Shown here: one piece after another, positions 53,241-64,000 of the stretch
Layout: every line of letters begins with the position of its first letter
Position numbering within the stretch: the first letter of the stretch is position 1
Source of the DNA: Octopus vulgaris
Taxonomy: Eukaryota
Assembly (NCBI GenBank): GCA_951406725.2
Contig: OX597814.1
Span: 105,462,001-105,526,000, forward strand
Length of the DNA stretch: 64,000 nucleotides
Direction of reading: 5' to 3'
Made by a program: the position numbers and the translations under genes
The notes under the pieces: model-generated
The model's database searches: none
Seen by the model: only the letters and a program-made list of their open reading frames with translations
What the model was told of the DNA's origin: nothing

Positions 53241-53700
53241 AGATGGGCTACAGCAAATATTCTGCTCAATACCACAGATTTGCTTGTCAGTTGTTTGACC
53301 TTAACCAGTTGAGCATGTCTCTTAGTGGCTGATCATATGTGCATCTCTGATCACGAACAGTAGTGGGGGAGCATCATAGTCATGTGTTGAGAGGGATTCT
53401 TTGGGGTTTGAATAATTCACCTCTGGAGACATGGGTGCTTCGTTCAACATCCTTAAACAGCACTTATTCAGGGACCGTTTGAGCAGATTGGGTTACTCGA
53501 CCAGAAGAAAATTCTAACTGGGCCCCACCTGCAAGGTCATGCGCTGTTTATCTTGATATGAGATCACCATGTCGCGCACATATGGTTGTGATGCATGTGC
53601 CTGGTGTACCCTTATCAGATAGGTAGTCATGATGGGTATACTGGGCTTCGTATATTTTACCCCAGTGTCACTTTGATGGCATGCACTGCTCTCTCACTCA
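53241..53700 (+). mobile_element. Non-coding repeat embedded in (TAA)n (possible SINE or LINE 3' UTR)
   Basis: Non-repetitive-looking 460 bp between (TAA)n tracts, with homologs elsewhere in the window. Confidence 0.55.
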
Positions 53701-53709
53701 ATAATAATA

Positions 53710-53765
<56 letters not shown>

Positions 53766-53914
53766 CCCTTTCTACTATAGGTAAAAGACCTGAAATTTTG
53801 GGGGAGGGGACTAGTCGATTCACTGGTACTTAATTTATCGACTCCGAAAGGATGAGAGGCAAAGTTGACCTCGGCGAAATTTGAATTTGAAACATGAAAA
53901 TAGATGAAATGCCG

Positions 53915-54810
53915 TTGACCATCTTACCTTGGCAGTGTTACTCGAGGAACACTGCCCATTCGAGATAAACACTACAGGCACAGAAACGCTGTCCGAGATG
54001 CATGTAGAGCAATGAAACCGTTCAGCGTGCACTCGTATAGTGTTCGACTATTGCTGAGTTGTGGTGGAGTTATGCTGTGTAATCGCGTGTGGGAGGAATC
54101 CAGCTGTTGGCCAGATCCAATGTGAGGGCCACCCTAAGTGGCGGTGTTCCGTTGTCTAGTGGCTATGGCGAAAGAGGTTGTGTGGTGGACGAGTCTGAAA
54201 GGATTCAGGAAAGATTCCTTCCTTTTCGGTCAAGCTTTCATCTATTTTTTTTAAATTTCCCCTTGTAAAGAAAAGAGGTTAAGAGAGAAGTGTTACCTTG
54301 CTGTGAATTTGTGAAAAGATGGGTGACTAGCAAAAATGGTAAGAGTAAATGGCCCCACTGTTAGGATGTGCTTGTAAATAAAAGAGTAAGAGAGATGGCT
54401 TGTAACTTTGGCGGTCAGGGTAATTCTGGATCTGTGGGGGTTCCTTGATTGGCCCAAGCTGGAGTTTCTCCTGTATGAGGAGGGCTGCATCACTCATGTC
54501 ATCCCATACTTTGTATACTATTTATACTTTTGTAAATAAAAGAGTAAGAGAGACGGCTTGTAACTTTGGCGGTCAGGGTAATCCTGGATCTGTGGGGGTT
54601 CCTTGATTGGCCCTAGCTGGAATTTCTCCTGTATAAGGACTGCATCACTCATATTATCACATACTTTGTATACTATTTATACTTTTATCGCATTTCGTTG
54701 TCTTTTATATTTCTTTCTCTCCATCCTCTATGTAAAGCCTCTCACAAATTCTTGTCTGTCCTAGTGATGTCCTCCTCAGCTAGGCCCCTATGGCTAATAA
54801 GAGAAATTAT
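53915..54810 (+). mobile_element. Decayed Tx1/L1 ORF2 C-terminus plus 3' UTR with a ~157 bp tandem duplication
   Basis: Frame-broken WQCY/RGTLPIRDK...ETVQRALV.C...AKEVVWWT...EFVKRWV; duplication ~54372-54686; ends GGCCCCTATGGCTAATAAGAGAAAT. Confidence 0.75.
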
Positions 54811-54811
54811 C

Positions 54812-55080
54812 TTTTAAATTCACTTGAAAAGAAAATTGAGAGTGGAGAGAGAAGTGCTGTCCTCGGGTGAATTTATTGAAAGGTGGGTGAAAGTTGCAAA
54901 AATGGCAAGTGTAGATGGTCCCTCTCTAAGTATAGTGCTGTGAATCGGAAGGACACTTGCTCTTGGGGTTTAAGGGAAATCTCAGACAGTGGGGGTTCCT
55001 CAACTATCCCTAGAGGCCTTCCTGTATCAGGAGGGCCACATCTCTATCATCCTCACCACCATTTTCTTTTTTACCTTTGA
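54812..55080 (+). mobile_element. Further Tx1/L1 ORF2 C-terminal fragment
   Basis: HLKRKLRVEREVLSSGEFIERWVKVAKM...VL*, homologous to the 48119-48300 peptide. Confidence 0.7.
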
Positions 55081-55235
55081 ATGCTACCGTCTTCCTTTCT
55101 TTCTTTCTTTCTTTATTTCTTTCTTTCTTTCTTTCTTACAATTATCATTTCCTTATTATATGGAAACTCCCCACACTTTATGCCTGTCTTTGCATTGTAC
55201 CTCTCACCCTTCACCCTTGCGGCAAATAAATGAAA

Positions 55236-55313
<78 letters not shown>

Positions 55314-55533
55314 ATACTAAGTGCAGGACAAATTGCTACAGACTATTCAGTTACGTTTGTTTACAGTTTGAGTTCAAATTCCAGCTGTGTTCGACCTTGG
55401 TTTTCTTCCTCCCAGGGTCGATATAATGGCTCCTGGCCCACACCGAAATTATGTCGCTATGTGCAGTGTAAAAACATCCATTCATGCAAACACACACACA
55501 CAGTTTCATACACATACACACAGGCATATATAG

Positions 55534-55564
<31 letters not shown>

Positions 55565-55946
55565 TGTATGTATGTATGTATGTATGTATGTATGTATGTA
55601 TGTATGTATACACACACTCATATACACCCAGACAATCAGACGCTGTTCTCACATAAAAAGAAACCCAGTAGACAGCCTTTGCTATTGTCAGGATGTAAAT
55701 GAAAAACAAGGATAAATATAGAAGCGCGACGAACGGGAAGACTACACACACACACAAACACACACATACACACAAACACACACCACACACATGTATGTAT
55801 GTATGTATATGTGTGTGTGTGTGGAGGTGCGGGTGATACAAAGAGGAAAATTTAACTCAAAACATGAGTATTTATATATTTTTTATATTATTAATCGGTC
55901 GAACATGAAGTTTTCCTGTCACTTGTACCGTTTAATAAAACAATGC

Positions 55947-56024
<78 letters not shown>

Positions 56025-56026
56025 CA

Positions 56027-56105
<79 letters not shown>

Positions 56106-56364
56106 TATGTGAGTGTTTGTGTGTGTATTTGTGTATGTGTGTGTGTATTTGTGTGTGTGAGTGTTTGTGTGTGTGTGTGTGTTTGTGTGTGTGTGTTGAC
56201 ACATACATGTATGTAGTTGAAGCGTAGCTACGCATACAACTATTTATACACACGCACACTTAAGTGTATGTAGACATACGTACTCATATATAAATATACG
56301 CACGTACGCGCATACATATTTACACTCCACAGCCGCGAACAATACAAGGTGTGTGTGTGTGTGT

Positions 56365-56412
<48 letters not shown>

Positions 56413-56454
56413 ATAGTTGCAGGCGCAGGTATATAATAATTTTTTTTTTTTTTT

Positions 56455-56610
56455 ATTGTCCACAAGGGGCTGAACATAGAGGGAACAAACAAGGACAGAC
56501 GAACAGATTAAGTCGATTACATCGACCTCAGTGCGTAACTGGTACTTAATTTATCGACCCCGTAATGATGAAAGGCAAAGTCGACCTTGGCGGAATTTGA
56601 ACTCAGAACG
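56455..56610 (-). mobile_element. Family B SINE, head truncated
   Basis: Tail CCACAAGGGGCTGAAC and core ATGAAAGGCAAAGTCGACC. Confidence 0.8.
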
Positions 56611-56851
56611 CATTGAGTCGAACCAGGGGCAGCTGATGAAGGGGAATTTTCCTTGTACTGTTTGTCCTGTACTCTATTTTTTCGTTGTTAAAAAAAGTCC
56701 GTTTCCTTTTTTGATTTTATGTTTTCGTTTCTCGCTGTGTTCTACGTTTATTTGTGGTGTCCTGTACTCATATATGCATGTATATATACATATAGATGTA
56801 GGTATGTACATATATGTATGTATATATGCATATGTTATATTCATTAAATTG

Positions 56852-56902
<51 letters not shown>

Positions 56903-56921
56903 CATACATACAAACATACAT

Positions 56922-56952
<31 letters not shown>

Positions 56953-57126
56953 TATATGGGTACAGGACGTCTCAAACTGAAAACAACATGAAATACGAAA
57001 ATAAATGAGTTGAATACTCAAACAACGAGAGAAACAAATGAAAAACAGGACAAGTCACATAAAGAACGACCCTTCATCAGTTATCGGTTGTCCATCTACT
57101 CCTCATTTCGAGCATTGAATGACAAG

Positions 57127-57128
<2 letters not shown>
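56611..57128. mobile_element. Two convergent short relatives of the 824 bp unit (56611-56850 plus; ~56955-57128 minus)
   Basis: Both carry CTGATGAAGGG followed by the T-rich tail with (G)TCCTGTAC; separated by (TA)n/(CAGA)n. Confidence 0.65.
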
Positions 57129-57162
<34 letters not shown>

Positions 57163-57165
<3 letters not shown>

Positions 57166-59018
57166 GGTTTTTTTTCTTTGTGTTAATTGTCTTGTACTCT
57201 ATTTTTTTGTTGTTTAAAAAATTTCCAGTTCCTTGGGTTTGTGTCTATGTTTTCGTTTTTCATTGTGTTCGACGTCTTTTTGGTGTCCTGTACTCATATA
57301 TGCGTGTATATGTACATGTAGAGGTAGGTACGTACATATATGTTTATATATATGCATATGTTTTATTTATTAATATATTATATGACGAAACGCACGCATC
57401 CCTTTTTAAGTAAGATTGTTCTTGATATTAACTTTGATGCGCACTCTTAACCTTTCTGTCCCATCCCTTTCTCAGCCTTCATTCTTTGATTTCCTTTTCC
57501 TCTACTTAACTTGTCTCTCCCTCTCTCTCATTCTTCATTCTCTCTCTCTCTCCCTCTCTCATTCTTCATGGTTTCCTCATGACCATTCCCCTTCTTCTCT
57601 CCCTTTCTCTTGCTCCTCTTCCCCCTCCCGTCGTTGACCCGTGACGAGACTTCCGCTACTGTCTTTCTAGCCTAACCCTCTCGAGGTGTGAACGGCAATT
57701 CTTTTTGCTCCGTTCGTCGTTCACAAAAAAATGCTCGTTCGTAATACTTTTTTTCGTTCGGCGTTAACAACCCTTCTTATCTTGTTTTTCCTTGTCCTGT
57801 CTTTTACTGCTTATTATTTGTACTGTCGTTACTGTCCTGTTTTTGTTACCATTTTTTTACCTCTCTGCGAAAAGATCTCAAAATTTTAATTGATTTGCTT
57901 TTCGCAGGAAGGAAATTTTCTTGTCGAAGATACGTCTCGCTTTCACCTTCGAAACGTAGAGTAGATGAAACCATAGCGACTGAAGAAGGGGATTTTTCTT
58001 TGTGTTAATTGTCCTGTACTCTATTTTTTTGTTGTTTAAAAAAATGTCCAGTTCCTTGGGTTTCTGTCTATGTTTTCGTTTCTCATTGTGTTCGACGTCT
58101 TTTTGGTGTCCTGTACTCATATATGCGTGTATATGTACATGTAGAGGTAGGTACGTACATATATGTTTATATATATGCATATGTTTTATTTATTAATATA
58201 TTATATGACGAAACGCACGCATCCCTTTTTAAGTAAGATTGTTCTTGATATTAACTTTGATGCGCACTCTTAACCTTTCTGTCCCATCCCTTTCTCAGCC
58301 TTCATTCTTTGATTTCCTTTTCCTCTACTTAACTTGTCTCTCCCTCTCTCTCATTCTTCATTCTCTCTCTCTCTCCCTCTCTCATTCTTCATGGTTTCCT
58401 CATGACCATTCCCCTTCTTCTCTCCCTTTCTCTTGCTCCTCTTCCCCCCTCCCGTCGTTGACCCGTGACGAGACTTCCGCTACTGTCTTTCTAGCCTAAC
58501 CCTCTCGAGGTGTGAACGGCAATTCTTTTTGCTCCGTTCGTCGTTCACAAAAAAATGCTCGTTCGTAATACTTTTTTTCGTTCGGCGTTAACAACCCTTC
58601 TTATCTTGTTTTTCCTTGTCCTGTCTTTTACTGCTTATTATTTGTACTGTCGTTACTGTCCTGTTTTTGTTACCATTTTTTTACCTCTCTGCGAAAAGAT
58701 CTCAAAATTTTAATTGATTTGCTTTTCGCAGGAAGGAAATTTTCTTGTCGAAGATACGTCTCGCTTTCACCTTCGAAACGTAGAGTAGATGAAACCATAG
58801 CGACTGAAGAAGGGGATTTTTCTTTGTGTTAATTGTCCTGTACTCTATTTTTTTGTTGTTTAAAAAAATGTCCAGTTCCTTGGGTTTCTGTCTATGTTTT
58901 CGTTTCTCATTGTGTTCGACGTCTTTTTGGTGTCCTGTACTCATATATGCGTGTATATGTACATGTAGAGGTAGGTACGTACATATATGTTTATATATAT
59001 GCATATGTTTTATTTATT

Positions 59019-59020
<2 letters not shown>
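57163..59020 (+). repeat. Tandem array of 824 bp non-coding units (~215 bp partial plus 2 full) between (TA)n tracts
   Basis: Period 824 (for example GAAACGTAGAG at 57951 and 58775). Confidence 0.93.
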
Positions 59021-59063
<43 letters not shown>

Positions 59064-59096
59064 TAATCAAAATAAAAACATGACGCCAAGGATTCA

Positions 59097-59174
59097 GCGG
59101 TACGTATGTTTCGGGCCTTTATTAGACGGATTTATAACAATGCATAATGTATGTCTGTGGCCTTCTTCAGCCGC
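59097..59174 (-). ncRNA. Type I hammerhead with canonical core and extended stem II, inside an inverted repeat (59061-59105 / 59177-59226)
   Basis: GCGG CTGAAGA A GGCC-(~45 nt)-GGCC C GAAA C ATAC G TA CCGC: stems I-III present, GUA triplet. Confidence 0.72.
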
Positions 59175-59292
59175 GCACGTACCGCTGAATCCCTGGCGTC
59201 ATGTTTTTATTTTATTTTGATTAATTTACTCCACCACCTACACCACCAAACGGTATATACAGGTGCTTACAATTATCAAGTACTCACCCCGA

Positions 59293-59336
<44 letters not shown>

Positions 59337-60004
59337 GATACCCATTGCAATGGGATTGCAGCAGCGTAGAAACCAACTGCTTCGGGAGCACCAAGAATAA
59401 GCAATCTGCAGTTTCGCCCCGTTCGATATCATAGCTATCGAAATCCTTTCTCCTGATGGCTTTAGATTTTGGCAGGCAACTCATCGATATCAACGACCTC
59501 GATATCAGAATATCATGAACTGGGAAGTAAATCTTGTTTTCCGCTCGTCCCTACTGAGTGCAGAGGGAAAGCGGCCCACTGTTCACACATCTATGGGGAG
59601 CTACGGTATATGGATAACTGACCTCGTCGGGTTATCTATCGTGGATATCTTAAGGAAGCGTACTGGCCCCAACAGATCGGCGTTGTGTAGGAACGATGGT
59701 CGGGCATTCTCAAACGATATGAACGACCACATCATAGACAAGTTCAGTAAGGATCGAATAAAGATCTCCAAAGCAGTCGGCCAATCTATAACGGTTGCTG
59801 CCAATTTGGAAAAAAGTCGTCTTCCTGGACATAACTCTAGATTTGCTTGCTTTGTGCTTTTGCCTGGTGGTGGGATTAGGGTAATCCTAGATTAGTGGTC
59901 TCGGACACCTTATTCCGGTTTCAGTCCCAGTATACTCACCAATGCTTTGTCAGTGGGTTGGATAAATGGAAACTGTATGGAAGCCTATCGTGTGTGTGTA
60001 TATG

Positions 60005-60047
<43 letters not shown>

Positions 60048-60050
60048 ATA

Positions 60051-60112
<62 letters not shown>

Positions 60113-60113
60113 A

Positions 60114-60270
60114 TGGTGAGAATTTACGAAAAATAAAAAAACAAAAGACGGGTGTGTAAACAACAAACAAATGTATTAGTTTAACGCTCGGGAATTCGGG
60201 AATTGAGGAAGTCTTTTATGTTTCGAGCCTACGCTCTTCAGCAGAAAGGTACTGAGAGAGAAAATATAAA
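60114..60270 (-). mobile_element. PLE 3' tail fragment with HHR (60212-60248, A6C variant)
   Basis: CTTT CTGCTGA A GAGC-GTAG-GCTC GAAA CA TA AAAG; tail similar to 17476-17560; ends in (TA)n. Confidence 0.72.
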
Positions 60271-60294
60271 AAATGTTTAGTGTATATAAAAATG

Positions 60295-60326
<32 letters not shown>

Positions 60327-60461
60327 TGTATGTATGTATGTATGTATGTATGTATGTATGAATGTATGTATGTATGTATTTATGTATGTATGTATTTATG
60401 TATGTATGTATGAACGTATGTATGTAGGTGTGTGCGTGTATGTATGAAAATATGTATGTAA

Positions 60462-60492
<31 letters not shown>

Positions 60493-61404
60493 TGTATGTA
60501 TGTATGTATGTATTTATGTATGTATGCAGGCCCTAGGGCTGCTGGTACTCTGGGAAAGCTGAACTTCGGTGTGTACAAGCTGACCGTCGTGGAAATTTCC
60601 TTGTCTTTGTGACGCCCTCCTTGGCGCCTCATAGCACATGGCGCCCCAGGCGAATGCCCGAGTTGCCGGTACCTCGAGCCGGCCCGGTATGTATGTGTGT
60701 GTGTGTATGTATGTATGTATGTATGTATGTATGTATGTATGTATGTATGTATGTATGTATGTATGTGTCTGCCGTTCTGTTTGTTTTCCAGTCATCACTT
60801 GACAATCTGGATCTTTTGTTTCGTTGACAACTTTCAATCTCTTCAATTTTTCCTCAAATTGATTTAATATTTGGTGTATTGGTGTAGTTTTGTATGGTAA
60901 TCAATGACACGAAATTTATGTTCGTCATAAATCAATAAGAATTAATAGCGTTTACAGTATTCAAATTTCGGGTAATTTTAGCCAATCGAAAGCCACAGAC
61001 ATATAGGTGCCCGTCTCCATGGTAACAAGCCAAGGTGTTACTAAGCTGCTTACCCACATGGTCATTTTCGCTTATTAAATGCTTAAAACACATGAGGTAT
61101 GAGGTGGTCATGAGATCTGCTAAAAATAACAGTTAAAGAGGACTTAAACCACGCACCAAAACTTTTTTGGGGATGGGTGTTGTATAATGGTATGAATTCT
61201 CGTGTGCAGAATACAGATTGGCAAAAATTTTCTGAAAATTCCAAAATATGAAAAAGAGTTGAGAGATCAAATGGCGTGCATAAAGCAGAATTCCGCCAAA
61301 ACTTCATTTGTTTACTGTAGACGACACGTGACAGTCACACACAAAATGACCCTAACCCTAATCTTGTTTTCTGATTGGGTAAAAATGATCAAACTTTAAA
61401 CTCT

Positions 61405-61790
61405 TTTACCCTTTTACTTGTTTCAGTCATTTGACTGCAGCCATGCTAGGACACCGCCTTTAGTCGAGCAAATCGAGCCCAGGATTTATTCTTTGTAAGC
61501 TTAGTACTTATTCTATCGGTCTCTTTTGCCGAACCGCTAAGTTACGACGACGTAAACACACCAGCATCGGTTGTCAAGCGATGCTGGGAGGACAAACACA
61601 CACATATATATATATACATATACATATATACGACGGGCTTCTTTCAGTTTCCGTCTACCAAATCCACTCAGAAGGCTTTGGTCGGCCCGAGGCTATAGTA
61701 GAAGACACCTGTCCAAGGTGCCAAACAGTGGGACTGAACCCGGAAACATGTGGTTGGTGAGCAAGCTACTTACCACACAGCCAATCCTAC
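61405..61790 (-). mobile_element. Near-complete family A SINE
   Basis: All modules present; a diverged plus-strand tail lies at ~61930-62110. Confidence 0.88.
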
Positions 61791-62804
61791 ACCTTTTTTT
61801 TTTTTAATTTCTGGTAAAAGTGAATTATCTCCTGAGATTCAGCGTAGCAAACAACGTCAATACACCAAATGTTGAAATTTTCACTAAATTTTAAAGTTTC
61901 CACAAGGGCAGCCAAACAGGAAAGCCCCGACAATCGGTGCTCGTTTGTTTACTTCCCTGTGATCTAGCGGTTCGGCAAAACTGAACGACAGAACAGGTAC
62001 GAAATAAGAACAATACAAAAAAATGTACTGAGGTTGATTTGTTCGACTAAACCTCACTTGGCAGAGCTCCAGCATGGCCGCTGTCCAATGACTGAAACAA
62101 GTAAAAGATAAAATATATTTCTATGCCTATGAATGTTTCAATTAAATCCTTTTTCTCTTATCCCCCTAAAACCCCCAAAGATGTATTAAAAGACACACGC
62201 ATACACCCTTCGCTGCCATCTACACGGTTCCACCACCACCGCCCATCCAGCCGTACCCATCCCATTTACACACTTCACAAATAGTAACCAAAGAACAGCT
62301 CGCAACTATCGTCAGCCCGACCCCACCCCGAGGTGGGTTCTTTTTCTTTCCTTCTTCCTTTTTCTCTACTTCCTGCCACTTTGACACCTCCACCACCACC
62401 ACCACCACTCCCACTATTACTACTACTACACAACAATAACAACCATTATCATACCACCACAACCACCACTATCATACCTCCAGAACCACCACTATCACTA
62501 CCACCACCCGTCATACCAGCTCGACGACGACTACCGCCATCACCACCACCACTACCCCACAACACCTCCACAACCACCACTCCCTTAATAATATCAACAC
62601 CACCATTAAGATCCCCGCAATATCTCCAGCCTCCACTACTAGTATCAGCATCATCAACATCATCATCATCATCAGCCTAACCACCATCCCACGACGCCGC
62701 CGCCGTTAACCACCTCCACCACCATCACCACCTTGACGTAGTTCCGTGTTTGCTTACATCTTTATCAATGCTTCTTGCGTGTATCTCTGTCTGTGTCTGT
62801 GTGT

Positions 62805-63140
62805 CCATGTGTATGTCTACGTATACGTTTGTGTATGTGTGTATGTGTGTGTGTGTGTGTGTATGTCTACTTATACGTTTGTGTGTGTGTGTATATCTAC
62901 GTATACGTTTGTGTGTGTGTGTGTATGTCTACGTATACGTTTGCGTGTGTGTATGTCTACGTATACGTTTGTGTGTGTGTGTGTATGTCTACGTATACGT
63001 TTGTGTGTGTGTGTGTATGTCTACGTATACGTTTGTGTGTGTGTGTGTATGTCTATGTATACGTTTGTGTGTGTGTGTGTGTATGTCTACGTATACGTTT
63101 GTGTGTGTGTGTATGTCTACGTATACGTTTGTGTGTGTGT
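62805..63140. repeat. ~30 bp minisatellite with palindromic core ACGTATACGT in a (TG)n background
   Basis: GTCTACGTATACGTTTGTGTG... repeated about 10 times. Confidence 0.9.
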
Positions 63141-63949
63141 GTGTGTGTATCTGTGTGTGTGTGTGTATCTGTGTGTGTGTATGTATGTCTGTGTCTGTGT
63201 CTGTGTGTGTGTGTAGTGTTGTGTGATTGTTGCCTATTTGACCCTTTCCTCAGTCGAGTGTGAACTTAAACTTAAACTCACAACCACTTCCCTCACTCAA
63301 TTACAATCCGCCAGCCACCCCGTCATCAATAGCCTCCTCTTCCTTCTACCTAACACACTTCATACCACCCCATCACTCTTCTACAGCTATCACTTCTCCC
63401 CTTCCACACCTTTACCTCTACCTTTTACCCTGTCTCACTTCACGAACCTCTTCCTCCGCTTTAGCTATTATACTTTCTTCTTCACCTTTCTTTTTACTCT
63501 CACTCTTTCTTTCTTCTCTCTCTTCCTCCCCGCTTACTATTCTCTCTCTTTCTCTCCCTTACTCCTTCTCTCCTTCTCTCTATTCTATCCCTCTCTCGTT
63601 CCCCGCTCTCTCCGCTTCTCGTAATATTGTTTTGTGGTTTATTTTCATTGGATTCTTCAAACTTCTGTTGGTGTAACACAGCATTGGTCGCTTGTTCCTG
63701 TGATTGGAGCGAACAGAGGGAGATTTAGAGGCTTTCATGACGTTCCCAAAGGAAGAAATGCAATGGAGCTACTTGTTACACACACACACACATATAAAAC
63801 GTGTGAGCATGTGTATTTATATTATGAACACACGCACACTCGTATATATATTTATACATATATACACACACACACACACACATATATATATATTTATATA
63901 TATTTGAAAGTTCGGAGATGATGTACAGGTATTTTATATTAGAAGAAAT

Positions 63950-64000
<51 letters not shown>

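Noticed and set aside
60528-60690. GC-rich insert with a hAT-like end (GCCGGCCCGG) in (TATG)n
   Set aside because: No convincing matching left TIR or 8 bp TSD; left unclassified.
61349-61361. CCCTAACCCTAA telomere-like repeat
   Set aside because: Only two units; expected by chance or as part of a repeat.

Overview
AT-rich, microsatellite-saturated animal genomic DNA with no confidently identifiable host protein-coding gene. The repeat types point to a cephalopod such as Octopus (inference). Most ORFs in the supplied track are translations of simple repeats. The window is mainly nested mobile DNA: (1) a full-length Helitron with both termini and a lightly disrupted Rep-PIF1 ORF (29597-35736), inserted into the microsatellite of a CORE-type tRNA SINE; (2) a 5'-truncated Penelope-like element (PLE; RT C-terminus plus GIY-YIG); (3) R4/Dong-type RLE LINE fragments in (TAA)n, (GAA)n and (TATG)n tracts; (4) Tx1/L1-type and CR1-type LINE pieces whose 3' tails match the two most abundant SINE families; (5) several MITEs. 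The most notable signal is about a dozen type I hammerhead-ribozyme (HHR) motifs from several unrelated sequence families, plus a circularly permuted (type II-like) motif in and beside two ~0.82-0.86 kb non-coding tandem arrays. Most sit next to (TA)n tracts and several sit inside fold-back inverted repeats. All RNA structures were read by eye and are untested; repeat boundaries are approximate.
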